Below, one piece after another: positions 15,828-27,419 of a stretch of 64,000 nucleotides of DNA. The position numbers and the translations under genes are program-made. Each line of letters opens with the position of its first letter. The first letter of the stretch is position 1. This DNA comes from the human T2T-CHM13v2.0 reference genome, Homo sapiens: the NCBI RefSeq assembly GCF_009914755.1, contig NC_060939.1; one strand, given 5' to 3'. The notes below the pieces were generated by a model. It saw nothing but the letters and a program-made list of their open reading frames with translations. It was not told the DNA's origin and ran no database searches.

Positions 15828-16759
15828 TATGTAATATCATAAGCACTTGCACTTTTATTGGTAACTGATGACTCTGCAATATACTCTGTTACTTATCACA
15901 GGATATCAGTGAGACACTGACTCTATGGTTGAGAATGTCTGATCTACAGGATGAAGTCCAAATCCCTAAACAAAATATATAAGAAAGGATCTTACCAGTT
16001 TAATATTAGCCTACTTTTTAAAATTTATGTTCCATCATCTCTAGCCCTTTGCTTGAGCCACACATAACTTGTCTTCATTTTTTAATTCATCGACTTTTGC
16101 GCCACTGGTTTTGGCATATGTCCCTTTCTTTGTTCAGAAGACCCTCCTCACCGTCTCCATCTGGTAAATAATACTTATTTTGCAAGCTCCAATGTGAATA
16201 CCATCACATCTTTGGAAATGGCCTTACCTCTCTCAGTCATATCTATTTTGGTGTTTTGTATACACCTCCATTAGCTCACTTGTAATTATTTTCTTTCATA
16301 TTTGTCACTACTGACAAATGCTATGGCCTCTTAGAGAACAAGGACTATAATTTATTCAACTTTTTCTACCCAGTGCTCCTGCAGTTCTTGGAATATGCTC
16401 AAGACACCTGCTTAAGGGAAAATATAGCTGAGTGTTACCTCCAGTGTATAGGTGACCTACAAGGAGCTGAAGTAACCTGTTTTCACCGTAGTCAGTAAAA
16501 ATGCACTGATCTACACCCCTTAAATCTAGACCTCAGTGGATTAATGGCTGTCAGCAGAAATACGGAAGAGACAGATAGTCTTTAGGTTTTATTTTTTTTT
16601 TGGTCTTAGTGATGATAATAACATAATTCAGTAATTTTAAAGTGTTTTCTTTATATCTTCCATTGCCTATTCTTTAGCTCTGTTATCAAAAGATATTCAA
16701 TTTTTTCTTTCTTTGTGCACAATTTGAAACACAGTTTGTATCTTCAAAAAGGCTACGGC

Positions 16760-16912
16760 TTTTTAGATTCTGTATGAGTAAGATCGTATCATGTTTGTCT
16801 TTCCGTGTGTGTCTTATTTCACTTAACACAATGTCCTCCAGACTCATCCATGTTGCTGAAAATGACAGAATTCCATTTTTTTATGGTTGAATAGTATTCT
16901 ATTGTATCTATG
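16760..16912 (-). mobile_element. L1MA-type 3' fragment
   Basis: ttttagattc...tttgtctttc...cttatttcacttaacacaatgtcctccagactcatccatgttgctgaaaatgacagaatt. Confidence 0.75.
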
Positions 16913-17030
16913 TGTGTGTGTATATATAAAATCATATATTCATATATATGTGTATATATATATATATAAAATCATATATTCATATATATGTGTATATATA
17001 TAAAATCATATACGTGTGTGTGTATATATA

Positions 17031-17068
<38 letters not shown>

Positions 17069-17077
17069 CACACACAC
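16910..17077. repeat. Compound (TA)/(TG)/(CA) microsatellite with repeated tatataaaatcatata units
   Basis: Three copies of aaaatcatata separated by TA/TG runs. Confidence 0.9.
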
Positions 17078-17489
17078 GTCAGTAAATGAATCAAAACACA
17101 TTTTCCACCTGAGCCCAGACATGGCTTTAAAATGCATTTCAGCACTATGATACTCCAGCTATCTTCTATAAACAAAGGAGGGAAGACATTCCTATCTTTC
17201 CCTCATCAGCACATTCTCCATAAAGACTGTTCATGTCAATACACTACCTGTAACTGGGCAGAGAGTGTTTTCCTGACTCCCTTTGCAAAGTGAAGCAAGC
17301 ATTGTAACTCCAAGATTGAGCTTCCAGATATTTAACTCTTTTGTCAAATCTCTCTCAAGGACTGGGTTCAGGGTCTTACAGTCATGGAATTCCAAAGATA
17401 CTGCTTCTGTTACTTGCCTTCTATTTCTGCTAAGGAATGAGAGGGACCATCCCACCCACAGACTTTACGAATGAGGAGGGAAAGAGCTA

Positions 17490-17690
17490 ACACATACTGA
17501 ATGGCAGGCAATATAGTGAGTGCTTTATATTTACTTCTTTTTGTTTTTTATAACAACCACATAAAGTCAGTATTATTGTCCCCATTTTATAGATAGGAGA
17601 TAGTGTGAAAGAAATTAATTCATTTGCCTGAGATCCCAGAGGTAGTGAGAGATGAAGATAATCAATCTCAGATTTGTGACATCTAGCATC
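17490..17690 (-). mobile_element. MIR
   Basis: tattattgtccccattttatagatagga...ttgcctgagatccca. Confidence 0.65.
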
Positions 17691-17926
17691 ATGCTATTGA
17701 ACTCTGGAGAATTAGTTATTTCTTTTGTGATCTTGATAAAATCTGCTTCTTGGGTTCTTTTCATACCATCAAATAGTTACATTTTTGATGACAGCCTTGA
17801 GCTGTACCTTCATACTTTCTTGAGTCTTGCAGACCACAGAGGAAGATAGAAAATGGGTAAATGTAGATCAGATATGTGTTAGGAGCAATCCATCTATTTA
17901 AAACCTCATGCCAATCATGTGAAAAT

Positions 17927-18135
17927 CAGTTTGTATCTTCAAAAAGGCTACGGTTTTTTAGATTCTGTATGAGTAAGATCGTATCCCATGAGAAAAAGAG
18001 AATACAAGATAAACTGAAAACATTGAAGGAAACAAAATTCAAAACCTACAATGGAAAATGTATTTTTAATAAAAATTAGTATCAAAGAAGCAAAAAAGAA
18101 GTTTAGAAAACTATAAAATAGAGCAATATTAAAAT
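17927..18135 (+). repeat. Composite templated insertion: copy of 16732-16790 fused to copy of 19218-19372
   Basis: 17927-17985 = 16732-16790 (58/59 identical); 17982-18136 = 19218-19372 (154/155 identical); TATC overlap at the internal junction; AAAAT on both sides (17922-17926, 18131-18135). Confidence 0.95.
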
Positions 18136-18140
18136 TTGGG

Positions 18141-18490
<350 letters not shown>

Positions 18491-18559
18491 TAACAACATA
18501 CTTTCCATACACACTGATGTCAGTCTCATGGTTTCTTTGAATAGAAAGGTATAGAATTG

Positions 18560-18645
18560 ACGCCTAGGCAGGAGGATCACTTGAGACTTGGACCAGTCTG
18601 GGCAACACAGTGAGACCCCACCTCTACAAAACAAATTAATTAAAA
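18560..18645 (+). mobile_element. Short truncated Alu monomer (FLAM/AluJ-like)
   Basis: aggcaggaggatcacttgag...ctgggcaacacagtgagaccccacctctacaaaa; TSD aatagaaaggtatagaat / aataggaagctatagaat. Confidence 0.8.
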
Positions 18646-19217
18646 AATAGGAAGCTATAGAATCACAGGCAATTAATAGCAGAGGAAGAATCTAGTTTAA
18701 CATTTTTCTTTTAAAAAGGAGGAAACTGGTGTCCAGGGTAATCAAATGACTTGTCCAAATCACATGGTGGGTTAATGATAAAGTCAGGGCCCAAACTGTG
18801 ATTTCTTCAGAGTAAGACCAATGCTTTTATTTACTTATTAATATTTACTACAGGGAAATCTTTATTCTCAATTAGCTCTGATAGGACACAGCTATAAGAA
18901 TGGTGTCCCTCTAGCTAAATAAAATGTCAGCTGAAAAACAGAAGTTGAGGTTGTTCTTCTCTTTACCTAGCCCTTACAGAACTCTTCGAAATATATGATG
19001 GGAAAGATGGCTCCTGTGCCTGGTGAGCTCTGTTGAAATGGACCACATTCTCAGAGTTTGTGAGCTGAGGCCCAGACATCAGATGAGGCACCCAAAGTCA
19101 CACAGGTGGTGCATGAGGGTGACAGGATTAACATCCACAAAGAGGTCTTTCAAACTTTGTGGGCAAAGGATAAAGCCGCCCCTTGCCATGGTAATAGATG
19201 AATAGGAATGGACATTC

Positions 19218-19372
19218 TATCCCATGAGAAAAAGAGAATACAAGATAAACTGAAAACATTGAAGGAAAAAAAATTCAAAACCTACAATGGAAAATGTATT
19301 TTTAATAAAAATTAGTATCAAAGAAGCAAAAAAGAAGTTTAGAAAACTATAAAATAGAGCAATATTAAAATT
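19218..19372 (+). repeat. Downstream copy (probable donor) of the 155-bp direct repeat flanking the exon
   Basis: tatcccatgagaaaaagag...gagcaatattaaaatt matches 17982-18136 with one mismatch and continues into A-rich L1-like sequence. Confidence 0.95.
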
Positions 19373-21267
19373 GTTAAATGAAAGAGACAAAATGAGAATT
19401 ATAAAGAAATGCTAAAAGCACAAAAACTTCAAAGAAATAAAATGAAAATGACTTAAAATAAATAAGAATGATGTAAGAAAGATGAAATAATTCAATTTTT
19501 AAGAAACAATTTAAGTGTTAAACAGCCAAGAATAGACTAGTTTCAAAAGATAAGCACCGAAGATAGATAAGTTGAAAAGGTTAAAAGTATGAAGATGATA
19601 AATTACAAAAAGATGAAAAGCATAAATTCCAAATGATGAAATATGTTAAACCAGGTTAAAGGAAAGCAAATAAAAGCTACAGACCATAAAAATAAAATTT
19701 CAGTACACACACACACATACAGAAAGGAAAGACACCCATGTACCCATGTGTTCCTTACAGGTGAGCTCCTCCCAGCTTAGCTGTTGCCAGACTTCATTTT
19801 ATTTACTTTTTTATAGAGATTATTTGAGGGCAGAGAATGTTGGGCAGAGAGCAGGGTTTCTTCTCTTTCTCTGTGGTGACTGATTGGCCTTTAAGCACAT
19901 GGGAAAACTGGGAGGCCAAGTTCTTCACTAAGAAACTCGATCAGACCTTGGAAAGAAATTAGCCTTCTGAGCTCTCAAGCTGGAAAGGCCCCAAAGCAGT
20001 GTTCGCTCCTGGTCAAACAGAACTCAGCCGACTCTTGCTATGTGTTCCTTTAATGGCAGAGAACAGCTCTGGGACATCAGTGAATGGCTCCTCCCTGCTT
20101 GAGCAGCCAAAGATTTTACTAGCAAACTTTCTCAGCCTAAATGGATGGAAAACAGTTATGCAAGGCATCTTGAGGGACATGATCCCATTTTGACATTTTC
20201 TCATCCAAGTTGGCTCTTTTCTGAAATCTCTCCTTCGCTGGAATTGTCTGAGGTCCAGTAGAGAATGGAAAGAGCCCTGGATCTAGAGTCATATGATTCG
20301 TTGGGAATTCTGGCTTTTCTCCTGCCCTAGTCAGTTTTCTCTTCTGTTGGAAGAGGAAGACAACATGCTCCCTGTTGACCATTCTGGAAAAGGTCTCAGA
20401 AACCCAAGGCAATATTCAAGCTCAGGGATTAAGTACTGTAGTTTCTTCAATTTTAAATGCTTACACCACCAAACCAGGGGATTTATCCAGATCTTTGGTT
20501 TAAAGGTTAATGTGATCTCAGTCACTGAGTATCCTCCTGGCCTGGACACACATTATTTCCAGCTCACAGCTGGTTGCTTTGGATTCCCAAATGGCAGGCC
20601 AGCTTCTCCTTAGTGACACTGGCATTTATCATCATTACCATTATTTATTATGATATGACTAAAATTACCTTTTCATTTATATAGCATCTTTCATCATGGA
20701 GCTCAAGGCACTTTGTAGATCACTTGGATTACCCAAACAATTTTGGCTGAAAGGGACTTGGAAATCATAGTGTTATTCTACTGAAGGAAAAATCTACAGG
20801 TCGTAGCACATCATTATGAAAAAACTTGAGACTGCCTGAATGGATAATGCCTCATCATAAAAGAGCTTAAAAGTCTCAGTGCCTGACCCTTCCTTAGAAC
20901 ATACGTAACACATGGTTTATCTAATTTCTGCTTGAACTAGTTCTGTAATTGACATTTTATTTCAGGGCATGCCCACTCTGTTGTGTATCATCAGGTGGAT
21001 TTGTGTTTTACTGTGTTTTGATCTTTGTCCTGTGAGCTTCACCCATTTTAATCATTCCTCCCTTAGGATATCCCATGGATAAAATCTAATCCCCCTCATC
21101 CGTGCCTGAATTTTCCCATGTGAAGTTCTCTCCAACCTTGATGCAGTTCACCTAAATCTTGTGTATATGGTATTTTTTTCGATGTTCTCATCTTCACTGG
21201 TTTTCTCTGGGTATATTCTTATTAATAGGCTCCTTTTTGTGACGCTGTGGTCTTTTGTCCTTTGTAA

Positions 21268-22994
21268 TGTATTTTAACAGTTTTGGGGGAACAGGTTTTT
21301 TTTTTTTGGCTACGTGGATAAGTTATTTTAGTGGTAATTTCTGGGATTTTGGTGCACCCATCCCCCGAGCAGTGTACATTGTACCCAATGTGTAGTCTTT
21401 TATCCCTCACCCCCCAACTCTTCCCCCACAAGTCCCCAAAGTCCAGTATATCATTCTCATGTCTTTGCATCCTCATAGCTTAGCTCCCACTTACAAATGA
21501 TAACATATGATATTTGATTTTCCATTCCTGAGTTACTTCACTTAGAATAACAGTCTCCAACTCCATCCAAGTTGCTGCAAAGGCCATTATTTCATTCCAT
21601 TTTATGCCATGCTGATATATATATATATATGTATTTCTATATATCTCACATTTTCTTTATCCACTCATAGGTTGATGGCACTTAGGTTGGTTCCATATCT
21701 CTGCAATTGCGAATTGTGCTGCTGTAAACATGTGTGTTCAAGTGACTTTCATATAATGACTTTTCCTTTGGGTAGATCCCCAGTAGTGGGATTACTGGAT
21801 TGAATGGTAGTTCTACTTTTAGTTCTTTAAGGAATCTCCATACTGTTCTTCATAGTGATTGTACGAGCTTACATTCCCACCAGCAGTGTAAAAGTGGTCT
21901 CTTTGCACATCTACGCTAACATCTATTACATTTTGATTTTTTAATTATGACAATTGTTGCAGAAGTAAGGTGGTATCTCATTGTGGTTTTAATTTGCATT
22001 TCCTTTATAATTAGTGAAGTTGAGCATTTTTTTCATATGTTTGTTGGCTACTTGTATATCTTTTGAGAACTGTCTATTCGTGTCCTTTGACCAGTTTTTG
22101 ATGGGATTTTTTTTTCTTGCTAATTTGTTTGAATTCCTTGTAGATTTTAGATATTAGTCCTTCGTTGCATGCATAGTTTGCAAAGATTTTTCTCCCACTC
22201 TGTGGGTTGTCTGTTTACTCTGCTGATTATTTCTTTTGCTGTGCAGGAGCTTTTTAGTTTAATTAGGTCTCTTTTTTTGTTGTTGTTGTTGCATTTGCTT
22301 TTGGATTCTTAGTCCTGAATTCTTTGCCTAAGCCAATGCCTAGAAGAGTTGTTACAATGTTATCTTCTGGAATTTTTATGGCTTCAGGTCTTAGATTTAA
22401 GTCTTTGATCCATCTTGAGTTGATTTTTATATAAGGTGAAAGATGAGGATCTAGTTTCCTTCTTCTACATGTGGCTTGCCAGTTATCCCAGCACCATTTA
22501 TTGAATAGCATGTCCTTTTCCCACTTTATGTTTTGTATGCTTTGTCAAAGATCACTTGGCTGTTAAGTATTGGCTTTATTTCTGGATATTCTATTTTGTT
22601 CCATTGGTCTACATGCCTATTTTTATGCTAGCACCGTGCTGTTTTGGTAACTATAGCCTTGTAGTACAATTGAAGTCGGGTAATGTGATGCCTCCAGATT
22701 TGTTCTTTTTGCTTAGTATTGCTTTGGTTATGTGGCCTCTTTTTTTGGTTTCATATGAGTTTTAGGATTGTTTTTTCTAGTTCTTTGAAGAATGATGATG
22801 GTATTTTAATGGGAATTACATTGAGTCTGTAGACTGCTTTTGGCAGCATGGTTATTTTCACAATATTGACTCTACCTGTCCATGAGCATGGGATGTGTTT
22901 CCATTTGTTTGTGTCACCTGTGATTTTTTTTCAGCAGTGTTTTGTTTTCCTAGTAGAGATATTTTACCTCCTTGGTTAAGTGTATTTCTAGGTT

Positions 22995-23028
<34 letters not shown>

Positions 23029-23322
23029 CTGTTGCAAAAGTGACTGAGTTCTTGATTTGATTCTCAGCTTAGTTACTGTTAGTGTATAGCAGTGTGTGTA
23101 CATTGATTTTGTATCCTGAAACTTTACTGAATTCATTGATTAGATGTAGGAGCTCTTTGGATGAGTCTTTAGGGTTTTCTAGGTATATAATCATATCACT
23201 GGCAAACAGTGACAGTTTGACTTCCTATTTACAGATTTGGATGCCCTTTATTTCTTGTCTGATTGCTGTGGCTAGGACTTCAAGTACTATGTTGAATAGA
23301 AGTGATTAATGTGGGCATTCTT
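21268..23322 (-). mobile_element. 5'-truncated LINE-1 (L1PB-type), antisense
   Basis: Minus-strand ORF2 peptide [42 protein letters not shown]; L1PB-like 3'UTR; candidate TSD ttaataggctcctt (21222-21235) / ttagtaggcttctt (23321-23334). Confidence 0.88.
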
Positions 23323-26034
23323 AGTAGGCTTCTTAAAGGTGAAAGAAATGTCCTGTGTGTTGTCTGATCAGTAAAGAGACAATCCTTGCATAAAGATTAG
23401 AGAACCAAAACCTGAACTTGGCACTTAGCCTACAAGGCTTTACTTCTCTCTCACCAATAAAAATGGGCCTTATGGAGCTTGCAATAATGAATAAAAGCAG
23501 ACCCGTTTCCTTTTGTGGTGATGGTGATGGAGCTTCTGAGAGTGCCTGATAGCTTTTGATAAGAGTGTCCAGTGAAATAAAGGCATGATTTCCCAGCAAA
23601 ATTTAGGGAGTCCTGCCAAGCCAAGGATCTCTTAGCAACACATGTCTGAACAGGGAAAGAAAATACAAAGATGGAAGGTTATGTTAAGTTCAAAAACAAA
23701 CAAACAAACAAACATTTTGTCATCTTTCTGGCCTGGTAGTTTGTGTTGAATTGGGCTGAGTTCTAAGTAAATCAGGAGGACTGATCCAGCGGTTTCTTGA
23801 CACTTAAAAATCTTCCCAAGGTGGGGTAAAAATAGAATGGGCAGTCAACAGATTTTCTTAGAGCAGAAGTGATAATTGGTAGCTGGATTAGAGTGGGAAG
23901 TGGGGAGAAGACAGGTGATTCCTGAACTGCATTAAAGGTAGACATGATGTATAAATGAGCACGGGGTGAGGGAGAGGATAAGTCAAGCATGATTCCCAAT
24001 CTTTTTATCTTGGTTGTTGGGTGGTAGTGACAAAATAATTTTTATAAAGTCAACACACAGCCTAACATTTTATTTACAGGAGAACCAGGGCATATTGATT
24101 CTTAGAGTATATACAACTCTAAAAACTTGATTATCTTCTTTCAAGGCCATTGTGGAACAGAAGCAAACAGCAATAAAGAGCAAAGACTCCACTATAAGTA
24201 AATACACCAAGGTATTAAAACATAATAGTTGAATGCACTAGAGGAAACAAATCAAGCTATAAAAATCAGATACAAAATCTTGACCATTTTAACAATCTGG
24301 GACCATTTAAAGTTAGTGCCAGTAGTGTTTACTCCACTGTGGGTTGTGAAGACTTTACAATAAGAGCACTCACAGAATCCATCTAAAAAATTATTCAGCA
24401 CCTTTTATGGGCCAAGAAAGAAGCTAGTTCCTTTACATATATTGTCTTACTTAATCATCACTATAGCCCAACAAATGTAGGTGTTCTATGCAATTTCTAG
24501 ATAAGAAAAGTTGAGCACACAGGCGTTCAGTTTTGAGTGCAGTTTAAACAGCTGGTGTTACAGAGCCAGGAACTCAAGTCTATCCCACATTACTTTGCTG
24601 TAGATATTTAAGGGAGTTAGAATGTAAGAACCTTAACATGTTCTTGCAGGGCAGATTCTTGTATATTATTTAGTCCCAGTCATTCAAATGATAAGGAAAC
24701 TGAGACCAAAGAGGTAAGTGAGTTATCCACAATTACATAGCTAGTTCAACATGGAACTGGCATAAGAAATTGTCTAGATATTGAAAACACACACACACAC
24801 ATCCATGCCCAAGGTTATATGACTAGCTTGTGGGAGAGCTAACTTCAAATCCTTTGTTCATTTTGGTCTATCAGGTCTTCCCAACCTTGGATAGAGATAT
24901 AAATAGAGTCTTAGCCCCATCAGCTGCTTGGTTCTGAAATTCATCTTGCTGACTCAGATCTTCATATCCAGGGTGCCTGGGAGAAGCCATGGCGCAGCCT
25001 TGCCCAGATTTCTGCTATTCTTGCCCGGGATGAATGATTTGGTTCATCCTCACTTCCTAGCTGGGCTTGATCCTGGACACTCTACCTTGACTTTCCAGCT
25101 TTCTCTACTAGAGAATGCTGTGTCCTTCCCTGTCACTGCCAGCTTTTGGCTGCAAACACCTCAGCTGACTGTGAATATTTATTGTCATGGGACTTCTGTT
25201 CTATGGCTCACTTTCACTCAACTCGCCAGGATCACCAGGAGCTTAGACTGTCTCCTCTGGGCTGGGCCAGGCCTTTTCCTTCCCATTTTGAACTCAGCTC
25301 TACTTTTGAATGTATTTAAAGTCCTTTGGTATAATGACATGCAGCAGTGGCTCTCAGACTTTTGGATTTCACAGATCTGTTGAATTTAAATAAACAGAGG
25401 ACTGATTAGTAAGTATGTCATTTTTCATTTGAACAAGTAAGAATGGAAGATACTCTCTGAGATCCCAAACAATTGACTGGGGAAAGTTTCAGTCTCATTT
25501 GTTTCTTGAGCTGCTGCCTTTTCTACATGGGATTATGCAGATAATCTGGGAGATGTGATGCTGGGCCTGTAGATCACGGCAATGAGCATACTTGCCATGT
25601 TCACTATAAGCCATGCTGCTGGTACCCATGAAGGCTTCTTTGTGGACAGGAAGAAGTGTGTAGTCAATAAGTGTGTTAGTTATTCCCACTGTTAATCATC
25701 CTTTTCCAGGAACAGGGAAAATTCTGGAAGAGGAAAATGTACCTGAAAAATGGGCCCTTAAGGGAAAGAGGCAATGCTCTTGAGCTTTAAATTGGGAATA
25801 CTCAGGTCTAACCAGGGGGTCCCCGTAGGTCATAGAGGAATGATGGCCTCTGCCATATGGGGGAGGCCAGAGGAGACAAGTGGCCTCTTGAGAATGAGAA
25901 CAGCTATACTAATAATCAGTTTTAATTTTTTTGAGTAGTTATCTTTTGCTATATAATTGACTATCTAAGTGTTAATCAGTCTTCTAGTCTTGTTTCAGCT
26001 ATGCTACTGGGCTTTAAAGAAAGTGCCTATGCCT

Positions 26035-26344
26035 GGCCGGGCGCGGTGGCTCATGCCTGTAATCCCAGCACTTTGGGAGGCCGAGGCAGGCAGATCACGA
26101 GGTCAGGAGATTGAGACCATCCTGGCTAACACAGTGAAACCCCGTCTCTATTAAAAAATACCAAAAAAAAATTAGCCAGCTGTGGTGGTGGGTACCTGTA
26201 GTCCCAGCTACTTGGGAGGGTGAGACAGGAGAATGGCATGAACCTGGGAGGCGGAGCTTGCAAGTGAGCCAAGATCACACCAGCCTGGGCAACAGAGCGA
26301 GACTCTATCTCAAAAAAACAAAAAAGCAAAAAAACAACAACAAA
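26035..26344 (+). mobile_element. AluY
   Basis: gatcacgaggtcaggaga..gagaccatcctggctaaca; perfect 19-bp TSD aaagaaagtgcctatgcct (26016-26034, 26345-26363). Confidence 0.96.
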
Positions 26345-26524
26345 AAAGAAAGTGCCTATGCCTAAGATTGGTTAAGGGGAAAAGTGGCTCTCATACGTAA
26401 CGAAATTCCTAAGGGAACAGTGGAAATAGTACAATGGCTAATACATTTTAAGAGATGTACTCAGTAAAATGAGAACATTTAAGAAAATAAAATAGATTTG
26501 TTTTCTAATTATAAAAATGATACA

Positions 26525-27115
26525 TGATACAGCCAAGATAATAGGTGTTTCAAAAATAAGACTTAATATAAGGAATTAGTACAAATCTAATACAAGGTTC
26601 GCGCAAGTGGTAGAAGTCTAAGTTCAAAAGGAGATGCTAAAAAAAAAAAAGATTAAGAACTGTAGAGGCAGCTACCACCTGTAATAATGGAGGAAGCAAA
26701 TGCCAGAGGAGGAGTTACCAGAACCTAGCAGGTTGAGGGGCTCCATGAGGCTGGTGTTTGGAACTCTGTGAAGGGAGACTGATCTGGCTAGGGCTTCAGT
26801 GCACAGCAGGCACAGCCTAGAGGGTGAAGGAGTCTAGAGTGGCCTGTATCCAAATAGTAAAGGAACCATTTGGTTCTTCCTGCTGCTGATGCCTTTGATG
26901 GAGTGCAGCAATGCTGGTACTATGGGAGCTGAAGGAGTAGGGATTGACATATTTGATTGCAGCTGCTCTGGTCTTCTTAACTGGAACTGGGAAACAGAAA
27001 GAGTGTGTTTCTTTCTCAACTTGCCTTCCTATCTTTCTCTAGGGCTTCTCATTGGCAGAACCTACTGTCAACTGTCAAGGGCATCTGAGCACTGTAGTCT
27101 GCAGAGTTTTAACAA
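26525..27115 (-). mobile_element. Old LTR (LTR78-like)
   Basis: gcagctaccacc...ggaggaagcaaa...ggagttaccagaacctag resembles LTR78 family. Confidence 0.45.
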
Positions 27116-27321
27116 CAAGTGAAAATAAGTGCAAAGTATCTATTTACCGAGTGCTCAACATGCCGTAGTATGGTTCTTAGCACCCTGTCTATGTGACTTC
27201 ATTGTTTTCAAAAAACAAAATGATTTTATTGTTTCCAGTGGGAAAAAATGCACATCATTATTATAAACAATTCAATATGTATAGAGAAAGCTTAAGGAAG
27301 AAATTTAAAGGCACCTAAATT

Positions 27322-27419
27322 CAGGACTATTGCATTGTATAATTCCAAAGGGCATCATTTACATTATAATCTATTATAATTACATAGTGCCTCTGGAATT
27401 TTGTAACGTAGAGGCTCTT
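27322..27419. mobile_element. MER91-like palindromic hAT-Tip100 MITE
   Basis: Inverted arms ttgtataattccaaagggca / tgcctctggaattttgtaa; 8-bp TSD-like cctaaatt / cctgaatc. Confidence 0.6.

Noticed and set aside
21236-21267. Possible short 3' transduction between the L1PB 3' end and its TSD
   Set aside because: About 30 nt and T-rich; more simply a decayed poly(A) tail
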